From assembly GCF_009914755.1 (NCBI RefSeq), contig NC_060939.1: a stretch of DNA of 64,000 nt; one strand, given 5' to 3'. Of this stretch, positions 27,276 through 41,604 are shown in pieces. Position numbers and translations under genes: made by a program. This DNA is from the human T2T-CHM13v2.0 reference genome, Homo sapiens. The notes under the pieces were generated by a model. The model saw only the letters and a list, made by a program, of their open reading frames with translations, searched no databases and had not been told where the DNA came from. How positions within the stretch are numbered: the first letter of the stretch is position 1; each line of letters opens with the position of its first letter.

Positions 27276-28323
27276 AGAAACACGAAATTGTGATAAAAAA
27301 AAGCTAAATGACCCAGAAAACTCCATAATCCTCTGAGGAAAAAAAAATCGAACGGAGGCATCGCCCCAGATTGCTGAGAACCCAGCAAGGGGACACAGGC
27401 AGACCAGAGACATGCTCTGACTGACGGCACTTGTTGGCTTGAGTCTCTCCTCAAAGCCCCACGGCCAGGTGGCCTGGCCACAGCAGTCAGCAGGTCGTCT
27501 TCTGCTATGAAGGGGCCGACGCAGAAATCAAACTGGGCTCAACGTTAACACAGCTCCCTGAAGAGGCCTCAGGACAAAGTCATGGCATTGAAAACGGGTT
27601 GGGCAGCATGGCTGCTCCCTTCCGGCTCTGTCCAGTGTTTCTAACGATGGGACAATCTGCCAGGCATCAGTTTCACACCCACGGTGCATGCAGAAACATG
27701 GCCCAAGCTCGAGACTTGCAATCTAATTCATGCAACCTGACAGCACGATTCAAACAAAACTGACGCTGTGGGGAGAATGACAGTGGCAAGTGCACAAACA
27801 GGTTCCCTCAACCTTGGAGAGACAAAAGGATCTCTCAATGGTGGCGCCTGGTCACTGAGACTCCACTGAGGAGGTCAGTTTTCAGGAGAGACCAGGGAGG
27901 AGGCTGAGCAGCTCCCTGGCATGATGAGATGCCCAGGCTGGCACAGCCATCAGCACACACCAAGCACAAAGCAACTACCTCCAGGAAAGGAACCAATTGC
28001 TGGAAAGTAGAACCAACTTGGAATAAGAAAATAAATTGGGTTAAGACAGGATTTTCTATAGTTCTCTGTAGCCATTGAACTTTTGACAGAAGAAAATAGA
28101 AAATACATCCAGGGCTCTTTATGAGTAACAATCAAAAGAGAAAGTGGAAAGATCCTCTGGTTAGGTTTGAGAGCTGCCCTTCCCTGGTTGGAAAAGGAAG
28201 GCTGTTAAGACCTGGCTTGTGATAGTGTGGGTCTGTTAGTTCTGGTCCCTCAATGTGAGCCTTGTATTGACAGTCTCCCAGAGCTAATGTGTCCATACCT
28301 ACCTCTGAGGTTTCATTTGGATT

Positions 28324-28761
<438 letters not shown>

Positions 28762-28899
28762 TAGCAAATTCCTTGAAAAAGCAGGCAAGCAAACAAAAAT
28801 CCTAGAAAGTACTAATGAGTTCACAGAACTCCATGGGGAAGAGAAAGCATCTATTCCCACAGACAGGCTTTTGCATCTTGTGCTAAAATGAATGGTTGT

Positions 28900-29180
28900 A
28901 GGCCGAGGTGGGTGGATCACCTGAGGTCAGGAGTTCAAGACCAGCCTGGCCAACATGGTGAAACCCCATCTCTATTAAAAATATAAAAATTAGCTGGAGG
29001 TGGTGGCGTGCGCCTGTAATCCTAGCTAATAGAGAGGCTGAGGCAGAATTCCTTGAACCTGGGAGGCAGAGGTTGCGGTAAGCTGAGATCGCACCATTGC
29101 ACTCCACCCTGAGTGACAGAGTGAGACTCATGTCTCAAATAAATAAGTAAATAAATAAATAAATAATGAATGAATGAATG
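28900..29180 (+). mobile_element. 5'-truncated AluS with (AAAT)/(AATG) tail
   Basis: Starts at aggccgaggtgggtggatcacc; TSD aatgaatggttgt at 28887-28899 and 29181-29193. Confidence 0.92.
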
Positions 29181-30744
29181 AATGAATGGTTGTGAGGGTC
29201 TTAGATTATCAAAGTCATGATACATAAAGTTGTCTAAGCCTCTGAAACAAATCTAACTTCTTGTTCTTGGCTAACGGCATCATATTCCTGCAAATGAGAA
29301 ACAGAACCGTGTATAAGACTGTTAATGAGCTCAGTCATAAATGGTTACTTTGATAGGACAGCAATAAGGTTTCTTTTCTTTCTATAGAAATTGGGCTTTA
29401 TCAAGAGGAACACAAATTGGGATTTCTGTTTGTTTGTTTAAGTTGGAAAAAAACAGCAGAAGATCAAGATGTATGTTAGACTGAATTCAATGGCGGCCAA
29501 AAATGGACTTATTTTTCCATGTTAAAATCTGTCCTCAGACAGACACACCTAAATAAACTCCAACTGGGACAAGGAGGCACAGATCCAGGTACATGGGGTC
29601 TAACAGACATAAAACCACAGGCCTCTGCTGTGACCCTCGGAGAGGACACGTGGAAAGCTAAAACTGGCGCCACGGCGGTGATCACTGGGGTGCGCAGCCT
29701 GCCTGACCCATCTTTATAACTTAGCACCTCGTCCGGGGCCAGGCTTTGAGCCAGAATCCAATAAATGTTTGCTAAGTAAAACCAGCAGCAAATGAACCCC
29801 CCTACCCTCTAATGGCATCGAGGATTGCTGAGGCCTTCACACATCCGGAACTTCTATCTCTGCTTTTATCCTTACTGAGCTGATTTTTCTCCCTCCACCT
29901 CCCCTGACACCTCTGACCCACTCTCCACCATTCTCTGCCCTGCTCAGTGCCGCAGAAGACTAAGCCCTCCAGGCAATACTGCCCAGGCCAATGGAGGCAC
30001 CAGAAGGAGGCTGCACCCTACTCAGCTCCAGCTCCCACAGGATCTGCTAACACTGTTTTGCCTCCATCCCTGCAGCAGCTCCCCACCACTGCCTACCCAG
30101 TCCCCGGGTACCTCAACACCCTCTGTTGGTTCCCTTGTCCCCATGCACACCCTGTAAGTAGCCTCTTCATGAGACTCTTTTCCAGTGGGTCATTGAAGGT
30201 GAGTTGTTTTCGGATGGGATGCAGATTAAAGCACTCACGATCCATCTGCCCAAACACACCCCCACTTCCCATTCCTCTGTGAACATTCTATGGACCCCTC
30301 CAGGTCTGGCCCTAGCGCCACTGGTCACAAAGGCTTCCCTGAATCCCCAGTTGAGAGGCTGCCCCATTCTCCTCAGTTATCCTAAAACATTTGGACTCCG
30401 CCCCTATATTCCGTTCACTACTCCTCTCGCAAGAGTTACGTGCTGTCTATTTTAGGTGGGGACTTTGTCTTACTCATCTCTGAATTACACTGAGTGACGA
30501 GCCCAAAGCCTGGCAAACAAATGGTGCTGCAGATTTTACTTCAAACAACAACAGGCAAAGCCAACAAACACTCTGAACAGTGTTCAATGAAAAGCAACGT
30601 ACTTAAAAACAAGGGATGAATATCTACAACACAGAGAAAGCAATCATTAAAAGACAAACAGCCCCACTGAAAAAATGGGCAAAGAATATAAATAAGCAAT
30701 TCAGAGAAGGATTAAAATGCCTAATAAATAAAGAGACACTTAAC

Positions 30745-31051
<307 letters not shown>

Positions 31052-31289
31052 AAGCAACATTTAACTTGAATAACAATGAGGGAAAAGAAGCATATTAAAA
31101 CAACCACCAGATCTCATTTGTCACCTATAAGAACTGGCAAATATGACAATTGGTCATCACTACACAAAATCGGTGGGGCCCACACACACTTCTGGGGGCA
31201 GTGTCAACTGGCACTATCTGTTGGGAGAGCCATGGCCAACATCTAACACAATGTAACTTGCACACATACATTGACTCAGCAGGTCCCCT

Positions 31290-31510
31290 CTCTGGAGTCA
31301 GACTATTCGGGTTCAAATCTTGGCTCTGGCACCTACAAGTTGTGTAACTGGGAAAAAGTTACTTAACCTCTCTGTGCTTTTGTTTCCACATCTGTAAAAT
31401 GAGGGTAATAATAACACCTACCCCATAGAGTTTCTAAGATTAAATGAGTCAATACAAGGAAAGCACATGAAAAGTTACTTGGTACACAGTAAGGGCCAGC
31501 AATCACCATT
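31290..31510 (+). mobile_element. MIR
   Basis: tctggagtcagactattcgggttcaaatcttggctctggc...ttacttaacctctctgtgc...catctgtaaaatgagggtaataataacacctacc. Confidence 0.85.
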
Positions 31511-32496
31511 TATTATTATAACTAGTATTTGTTTTGTTCTTATGGATCCTACAGAAATTCTCACAAGTGCAGAGTCATGAATAAGGATAACCACTGCAAC
31601 ACTGCTTATAACAGAAAAAAACTGGAGGCAAATCAAAGGAACATTCACAGGTGTGGTATAACAAAACATGTTGCATCTCTAAAATGCCATAAAACTATTT
31701 AAAAAGAATGAGGTAGGTCTCTATGTACGAGCATGGGAAGATTCCCAAGACGTCCCACTGTTAGTGAAGAAAACCTAGGTAGGTCCAAAAAAAAAAACAT
31801 GTTTAGTGTGATTCCATTTATATTAAAAAAAAAAAAAACAACAAAAATTCTTTTTGTGTGTATATGCGCACGTATCTGTCTGTTAAGGCACAGAAACAGG
31901 ACACATATACTAATGTGTGAACAGTGGTGACATCTCAGGGAAGGAGTAAATCAGGGATCGGATGAGGGGAGGAAGGAGATTTTGGATTTTGCTTTGTACA
32001 CCTGCACTGTGTGAATTCTTTACAATGGGGGAGCATTTATATAATACTCTAAATTTATAAATTTATATGCAATGTATAATTTTTTAAATAAAAATGCTCG
32101 ATAAAATCCTAATGAGTTGAACTGAACAGATGTTACCAAGTGTGGACCCTCTGCAAGGCTGGTGATGCCGGACGGGAGATGCAGGTAGGTGGGATGAGAC
32201 GCCATAACCAGGGACCCAGGGCATGTGGGGCGGGGAAGCAGCGCAGTGGCAGAGCCTCTTCCACCTCCCTGCACGGTCCTGACCTTCCACAGCAGCTGCA
32301 GCACTATCCACCTCCCCACGCAGTGATAAAGAACTCACTGACCTAAACGTCAGGAAAGAATGACACAAATGATGGGCCAGCTACGCCAAGGTACACTGAG
32401 CAGCCATTACAAGTTACGCCATAGAAGACTTATTGACGTGGGAGGTACAAGTTGCAAAAGTAGACAATCCTATTTGTATAAGACATTGGTGAATAT

Positions 32497-32542
32497 ATGT
32501 GTGTGCGTGTGTGTGTGTGTCTGTGTGTCTGTGTGTGTGTGC
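32497..32542. repeat. (TG)n microsatellite
   Basis: Interrupted TG run. Confidence 0.9.
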
Positions 32543-32555
32543 ATGCATACCTACA

Positions 32556-32751
32556 CAGGTTGAATATCCCTAACCTGAAAATCTAAAATACTCCAAAATC
32601 CAACAGGACACTCAAAGCATTTCCAATTTCAGATTTTCAGGTTAGAGATGCTCAACAAGTGAACATAACACAAATATTTCAAAATCTAAAATAATTGGAA
32701 CTCCAAAACATTTCTTTTCCCAAGCATCTCAGATACAGGATATTCAACCTG
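32556..32751. mobile_element. Tigger4/MER46-type MITE
   Basis: Terminal inverted repeats caggttgaatatcc ... ggatattcaacctg. Confidence 0.8.
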
Positions 32752-35700
32752 CATATGAGTGTGCACGCACACACTCAGACACAGAATCACAAAACAAAAA
32801 GTCATGGCCCAAAGTGTCAACAGTGATTATTTTGGGGTGGTGGGACTATGGGTGATTTTTATGGTTTTCTTGTTCTTTTCTGTATTGCAAAAATATTCTG
32901 TATCCACATATCCTTTCTGTATTATACTGAGAGGAATCAAGTAGTGTAAACAGTCTTATAACCAGGCCATGCTACCCTCTATGCAACTGTGGGTCCCCCT
33001 CCAGCCTCTTCTCTCCTCTTGGGATCTGGTTCTACTGTGTTCCACTTGCCTCCCAGCAGGCAGGAAACACAGGGTTCTGGTAGGCAGAAAGGAGGGTATC
33101 CAAGAAAGGTTCCCTGACCTTCAGACTCTTAGACTCTACATCAAGAATGTTGCCTTCATTCCTGCATAGATAAGCCTTTGAACTGAGCTCCAGGCCAGAG
33201 CCCTGATAAGGAGGGGAGGATCCCATAGTACAGGAGGACTTCTTCACAGGTCCCTTCTGCCCCAACCCTCCATCTGCCTGGACTGCACCCCTCTGCCCTA
33301 GCCACTTAGAAAGCCCCAAGCCAAGCTCCGTGGCGGCTCACATGCCACCTGCTCCTTGTAGCCTTTCCTAATAGACACAGACTCTGTCTATGAGGAAGGC
33401 CTGGAATGCAAGTTGCCCAGGTTGAAAGCCTTGCTCTGACCCTTACTACTATAGCAGGTTACTCAGCCTCTGTGGGTCTCAGTTTGCTCATCTGTGTAAT
33501 GGGATTAATAGTACGGTTCTGGGGGCAATCATCAGCAGTGCCTGGCAGACAGCCAAGACTGACATAGGAGTGGCTGGCGGCAGTCATGGTGGGGTACTGG
33601 AATCCGAGGACCCAGTTGCTATTCTAAGGACAGTCACGTGTGGGGACAGAGAGGCTGAGTACAGGCACGAGCCAGACTGCTTCTTTACAGAAAATAAACC
33701 TTCCACAGGACAGGCTCCACCAAGGCCGCAGGACACACCCATGCCTCCTGTCCTCAGTCCTCCTTCCCACTTTCCCTCCCTCCCTCTTCTGTGGCTTCCC
33801 CGGTCCTCTTTTTCTGGCTTCCTTTCCTCTTGTTCTTCTGCCCACCAAGGAGCAAGATGCTCGTTCTGAGCTTCAGAGAACACCAGGCTAGGATGCTAGG
33901 TGTGTCCAGACTTGCCGGTTCTGCCTCGGAGTAGCCACGTGGCACAGATGACTGAACATCTGCCTTGGCCTTGAGAGCAGAGTCCCTGCAGGTGACACTG
34001 GAATCACTCAGCAAGACTCAGTCCCAGGAAACACAGAACCCAAAAGCAAGGTACCAAGAGATGTCAAAGGGTGGAAAGCATAAGCGATATTTGACTATAC
34101 AGAAACATCACAAATATTTGCTGCTCACAAACCTGCTAGAGCTCAGCAGAAGTGAAGATAACAAGGTCAGCATTTTCTCCATACTCACGCTTAAGGATGA
34201 TTTGCCTTTGGTGAATGGAATCAGGACATCACAGGTCCTGATATAAAAAATTCTAACAATTTCTCATTCACTAAACCTTCTCAGTGCCAGGAACTGCACT
34301 AGGGCCTCAGGAAGCAAAATGAGTCACGTAAAGACGCAGACTATGAGACGCTGTGGTCCAGAGGGTCTAGCGGGGAGAGAGACACCCCGCACGCCATGGC
34401 CGAGCCCCTCCGTGGAGCTCGGAGAGGACAGGGCTGCAGGCAGGTCAGGAAGCAGCACTTTGGCTAATGCCAAAGAAGGGCAGGGCCCGGGTAGACCACA
34501 CAAGGAAGGGGCCCCCAGGTTAAAACGACAGCAACAGATAGGTGCAGAAGAAAGAAAAAGCATATGGAAAGTGTCCTGAATGTCAAAGGCCCGGACTTCA
34601 TGAAGATGCGTGTGGTAAAAGTGAAGGGTTCTGGGTGAGCACAGAGCAGTGGGGCTCTGAAGAATCCTACGGATGGCCGTGTGGGAAATGGCCTGGAAGG
34701 GAGGCAGGGAAGCCAGTGAGGCAGTCACCAGGACACTCACCACCAGTGAGAGTATGAGTGAGCAGGCCCGGCCTCGGCTGTGGCCATGGGCTGGGTGGCA
34801 GGGGAGAAAGACCCAGAGGCTGGTCGGACAGGGCTGTGGTCGGTGCATGCAGAGGCTGGTGGGAGGAATCCAGAGAGACATCTGGTTTCCCATCTGGAGG
34901 ACGGGGTACAAGATAGGTGAGCAGAACGGTGTGGGGCACAGGAGCACCTCCATGCAGCCTTCTACTAGACAGGGAACAGCAGGCCTGACCTCTGGTGGGA
35001 GGGCCCTTATCCAACACGAGGCAGCCCCTCCCTTCCCCTCCACCACCTTCCCAGATCTCCACCCAGGGAAGAGTCCGGCAATGATCAGGGAGGTGAACTT
35101 GGGCCTTTTGAAGGCAAGAAGGAAGCTCTTGTAAGTGACCACTGCTGGGGTCCTCCCAGGGGGACAGTCCAGGAAGGGGGACAGGACCTTCTTAGACTGT
35201 CCGCCTGTGGCAAGCCCAGCAGTGGTCATCTCAAGGTGATCTGCTTAAATGATCACAGGAGATATGTCTGAGAGTTGTCATCAGGGTGTTTGAAACCAAA
35301 GCGGGAAAGTCTGGAAGTCCAGGTTCCTTGCAGGAACGTGAGTGATGCCATTACCCACTGATGGATTCCCCCCAGGGCGGTCTGGCTGATCACTCAGAGC
35401 TTTGGTAGTCTGCTCCATTTGGGCTGTTTCTGCCCACTCTCACTGAGAAGATGGATTTTCCCAACAAGGACTCTAGAAGTGATGGATGCTGGCCGGTGGC
35501 AGAAATACAAGAGCCCCCGAGGAAGATTAGAGAACTAACAGTGACAGCCTCTTCCCAGCCCAATTCAGTAAATGGGTCCATGTGCGGCTGGGCAGAGCCA
35601 CAGGTCGGGCGTGGCTGCGGGGCCCTGTGGAGCGCAGCTTGTTTATGCCCAAGCAGCCAAGGCAAGACAATGAGACTTTCTTCCTTTCCACGGTGCCCCT

Positions 35701-36560
35701 GTCTTGACACTGAGGGCATTGATGGGCTGGTTGCCATGGGAACCCTAGGCTGCTGATCCCATCCCATGGAGCGTGAGGCTCCTGACAGCTGATGGCTATT
35801 CATCCCCCTTCCTTGCAGGACTAGACAGGGGGCCTTGCGCCTGCTGCTGGGTCCTCCAGATGCTCAAAGGGCAGAGGCACAAGGACATCAGGAAAAACCA
35901 CAGCTTGATGGGATGATGGGACCCGCAGGGTGTGAAGCATCCACAGTGAGCTCCAGGGCACCAGTGGGGCCTCCAGGGCACTAGTGGGGCCTTCAGGGGA
36001 CACAGGGCTCTCAGATCAGTGTGGAGCTGACCTGGCCAAGAGGCAAACTACAGCATCACAAAGAGGGTGTCCTCATGTACAAGTACGTACGTGGCAGGGC
36101 CTATCGAGTGACTCCAAAAAGCAAACGATTGGGATGAGAAAGCGATGGTGGGGGTGGTTCAATAAATGACACTTAAACAAAGCGCAGGTGCCTGGCCTTG
36201 GTCCCTCACAAAGACTCATAACCAAGAGTCTCTTAAGACTCTTGCAAGGCAGGGGCCACATTTTCTTATCTCTAAGTGCCCAGGCCAGTGAGAGCACACA
36301 GCAATACTCGCTGAATAAATGAACGCACGTCTGCCGGCCACCACAGAGGTGGCAGAATCGGAACTAACCTTAGAGAGCAGCCAGAGGCCTAACTTTGGGC
36401 TGACTCACCCAGGAAGCCCAGAGCCCAGTGTCAGAAACAGGCAAGCCAGCAGGCAACGTCCAGGTGGCAGGGGGCCTGGGGGCCCAGACGAAGGGTACAT
36501 CCGGCGGGCTGGGGAAATCGGGGTGAGTCGGCTGATGGAACTGACAGTGCAGCAGAACTT

Positions 36561-36687
36561 GGAAGGCTGAGGGGCGAATCTGGTGACGGGTGGGAAGGCT
36601 GAGGGGCGAACCTGGTGACGGGTGGGAAGGCTGAGGGGCGAACCTGGTGACGGGTGGGAAGGCTGAGGGGCGAACCTGGTGACAGGT
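36561..36687. repeat. 32-bp minisatellite x4
   Basis: ggaaggctgaggggcgaacctggtgacgggtg units start at 36561, 36593, 36625 and 36657. Confidence 0.95.
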
Positions 36688-38028
36688 AAAGCCGTTCTGG
36701 GCAGGAAGAACAACAGAAGCAAAGCCTGAAAGGAAGCAAAAGCATGAAGATGGGGGATGGGCAGAGCTGCAGCTACAGCCAGGGCTCGAGGCGGTGGGGT
36801 GGGGCAGGAGGAGGCCCTGAGGCAGGTAGAGGCCACAGAGGCCACAGCCTGTGCTGGGCGGTGGCAGGGGCAATGCAGGGAGCCTGAGAGCCATTCAGGA
36901 GACAGTGAGACAGGCTTGGGGGAGCACGGGAGCAGGAGGAGGCGATGGTGACCTCTAGGCCTCCAGCTCTGCCACTAAGGTAGACAGGGGTCTCTTCTTG
37001 TAGACAGGGACCCACACGAGGAGGAGGTTTCAGCAAAAGATGATTAGTCCAGCTGATAAATGTGCAGCTTGAGTGACTGAAATGTGAGTGACTCAAATGT
37101 GTAGTTTGAGTGGCTTCCTAGAAGGACTGGAGGGCTTTTCTTTTTCCCTCCAATAGAGAGAGGTGTGAGTGGTTCCAATGCTGATGAGCAGGAGCCAGTA
37201 CAGATTCCCCGAGACAGAGCCATGCTGGTGTGCAGCCCTTTGAGTCTGTGCGCGTTCACGCACACGCATGTGCACGCACCCGGTGGACAGAGGGAGAAAC
37301 GGCGGCTGGTGGGGTCTCCGGAGGTTGCTATGCCTCTTGTCTGTTCATTCTGGCAGAAGCCGAAAGGCTTTTCTGTCTGATGATTTACCTTTGTCTGGGA
37401 AGCAGGTACGAGGTGACAGCAGTAGAAGGTGAGTCAGAGGGTGTGGGGTCCGGCCCTGGCCTGTCAGTCACTGGTTTGTCAGAAGGTACCTGGGTCTAAG
37501 GCCTCATCACCATTAACCAGGCCTGGTGACACCTCCCTGCAGGGCTGGTGAGGGCCTTCGGAGCAATAGTCAGGAGAAACATCAGCTGGTGGGAGCAAGA
37601 CCAGGGCTTCTGGTCGGTGGCAAGGCCAAGACCCAGTCCCAGGAGCCAGGAGGAGGCCAGCCACCCAGGGCAAGTACAACCCGGAAGCCCTCCCAGGGCA
37701 GGGTGAAAGGAGGAGGAGAGGTGTCGGCAGCCTGGCTGAGCTGCAGAAGATCAGAGGAACTACTTTCTAGATGCCACAATCTGTGTAGAGGCTCAGAGAT
37801 CCAAAAAAGCTCAGGACGTTCCCAGCCGGCATGCAGTTGGCGGACACTGGAGAACAGGGTCTGGACAGCCCTGAGTGTCCCTGTCACCACCCAAAGCTCA
37901 AAGCCGGCAGGAGTATCAGGCGGTGTCCCAGCCTCCCCCAGCCCATCGACAGCTCCGTGTTTCTCATTTGCTTCCCTGGTTTCCGCCCAGAGAAACTCAA
38001 GCCTTTCTAATGGTCCAGTCAGCTGAGC

Positions 38029-38113
38029 CACCTGCTCAGTCCTGATTCTGAGTCTGCTCCTGATTCTGAGTCTGCCCCTGCACCTGCTCAGTCCTGATTC
38101 TGAGTCTGCCCTG
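38029..38113. repeat. Nested tandem duplication (18-bp unit inside ~52-bp period)
   Basis: tcctgattctgagtctgc x3; cacctgctcagtcctgattctgagtctgc x2. Confidence 0.85.
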
Positions 38114-39639
38114 GATGCTGCCTTCTGGAGCTTTTCTGGCTCCAGAGATGGCAGCTGGCTCGGCTTTGATCACCACTCCCCGCACCAGCTCCAATGACTC
38201 AGGAGGGCAGTCCGGTCAATTAAACTCCTGCCCACTTAAAGGCATCACCATCCGGGTGAAGACGTCAGATAGGAGGGTTAAGACAATGAGCTTCACAACC
38301 CTCATCTTGCCTCTGTCCCTCAGTTCACACCCAGAACCTCTCGCAGGCCAGCCGCGCACAGCCAGTCCAGCTTGGCTCAGAGCATAAAACCAAGACAGCC
38401 TTAGACCGAAAACCAATCCCAGAGAACTAGGTCACAGGTGACTGCTCTTCCGGGTCTCCCCTTGTCCCTACCAAACCCCTGACGCTGTGGCTGGAACAAG
38501 TTCTGGCCCATCATTTTAACACCTGGTTAAGGCTTCGGCTTGTTTTTCATTGCAAGAACAAGTTGTCTGCAGCATGACAATTTTCCTCTGCTGACAAATG
38601 AATCGTGCAGGCTCACCTGAAATTCTGGGCCAGGTATGTCCTGCTCAGTAGCTATTTTAAGTAAAACTATTTAAGGCAAGTTCAAGATCATTTAAGGCTC
38701 TTAGATCTTTTAGGGCCCTGGCAGCCAGCCTGCCTTTTTATGTTCAGACTCAGAAGCAACAAATTAGCTCAATACCCCAGGCAAAGCAAAAACCCAAGGG
38801 AAAGCATGGCATCCAAGAACCACCCTTAAGATAAACATCATTTCCAAGAGCAGCAGACGCTGAGCTGTTGTGATTTGGTATGTGGAGAATACCTTGCTGC
38901 CATCCTCTCCACACAAGCAACTTGTCTTTTCTGAGTCACAATGTCAAAGGTGACAATGCACACAGGTTAGAGCGAGGGTGACTGGAAGGAGAAAGAAGCA
39001 GGGGAGAAGGGAAGGGTTCCTGGGCTCCGTGTCCAGCTCTGTCCAAACGCCCATGCGACCTGCAGCCAGACATTCTGTTTCTCTGTCACCATTTCCTTGA
39101 CAAGTGGATCGGCCCAGTCTGGACATCTAAAGTAGGGACTTCTTAACATGGGCCTGCAGGCACCTGCCTCCAGCGGTGGGCTTCAGATGGTCCAGAAGCA
39201 CCATGCGGTAGGTGTACCATGTGCATCTCCCTTTTCTTTTTTCTCTCTTCAATGTTTTATGTGTATCTGTGTATATGTCTATGTATATAGGTATATGCGT
39301 CAATATACGTGTGTTTATATATTATACGTGTGTATATATACACACTTGTACACATCACCACATGTAATATACCCTGATACAAAGAAAAAAAGTACAAAAT
39401 GTCTAGGCACAATTTTGTATATAATCCACGTATGTTTATACATACACACACCCACACACATAAGCGTGTGTTGTAAAGCAGTACACTGCAGATAAAGTTT
39501 GAAGTTCCTCTCCCCTCCCTCCCTTCTTGGAGGTCATTGCTAACTAGAATTTGATGCAGATCCTTACAGCCCACACTTTTATACTTTTACTACATCTATA
39601 AGCATCCATAATTAATACAGTATTGCTTTGTGCTTTGTT

Positions 39640-39968
<329 letters not shown>

Positions 39969-41219
39969 TAACGTTTACATGAATATGATCACATTGGACA
40001 CCTACAATTTGCCTTTTTTCTCTCTCAACACTATTTGAGAGATGTATCTGTGTAGATATAGATCTGGTTTATTCATTTCTAACCACTGTAGAGTCTTGCA
40101 TGGTGTGACTATTTTGATTTAGTTCTCTATTCTACTTCAGGGAAGGTGGGTTTTCCTTCATTTAAAAAAACGCCTGCATGGACATTCTTATACAAGTCTC
40201 TTTGTGCACACGTGGGAGAGTTCTTCCAGGATATGTCTGGCTGTGGACTAGCAAGTCCAGCCTCACCGTGTATCGCCAAATTGCTCTCCAAACGATACCA
40301 ATCTCCACCAGCAGCATCTGAAAGTTCCCATTGCTCTATATCCTTGCCAGCACGTGATGCTAACACTCTTCCGTGTCGGGAAATCCAATAGGTGTGAAAT
40401 GGTATCTCATCGTTGCCTAAATTGCAGTGCTCCAATAACCCCCAGCGAACTTGAGTGAAGCTGGGCATCATTTCTTATGTTTACTGGTCATTTGGATTTC
40501 TCTTCATTGACTTCTCCATTCATAAACTTCCCCATTTTTCTACCTGGCGTGTATCTTTTTTTCTTAGTGATTTATAGTTTTCAAAATAATCTGTGTACTA
40601 ATGTATTTGTTATATATTGTAAATACTTTCCTGGTCTATTCTTGCTTTTTAACTCTGTTAGGATGCCTTTGTTTACATAGAATTTTTATCTTAATGTATC
40701 AGTCTCTTCATTTTGAAATTTATTTTCATAACTTGTGTAGGGACTCCTTTCCCGGTGTGACAAAGGTATTCCACTGCAGCTCTTTCTAAAGTTTTATATA
40801 CAGTCTTTAATCCCATCTGGAATGTACTGTTGTGTAATGTGAGGATCTAATTGTTTTTCCATGGGGAGAGCCTGTTCTCCCAGCACCATTTAGTAAATAG
40901 CCCATCCTTCCCCATCTATTTGTAACTCTTCAGCTCACACATACAAGTTCCCACACATGCTTGGGTTTGAGTTGACTCTACTGCTGGACTGTCGTTACCA
41001 CAACTCCCCTCCTCCTCTTCTTTCCCAGAGTTGTCTGAGGTATTCCTGGACCTTACTCTTCCATATGAATTTTATAATTCATTTGTGTGATTTCATATTC
41101 CACATTAAATCTTGTCACAGCTTAAACTAGATTACATTGAATTTGCAGATTAAATTGGGGCAACTATGAGAGCCAGCCCTCCCATGCATGAACACAACGC
41201 ATCTCTCCATTTATTTAAA

Positions 41220-41604
<385 letters not shown>

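Noticed and set aside
34324-35229. 301-aa minus-strand ORF and overlapping ORFs
   Set aside because: No recognisable domain; composition typical of intronic or old-repeat sequence.
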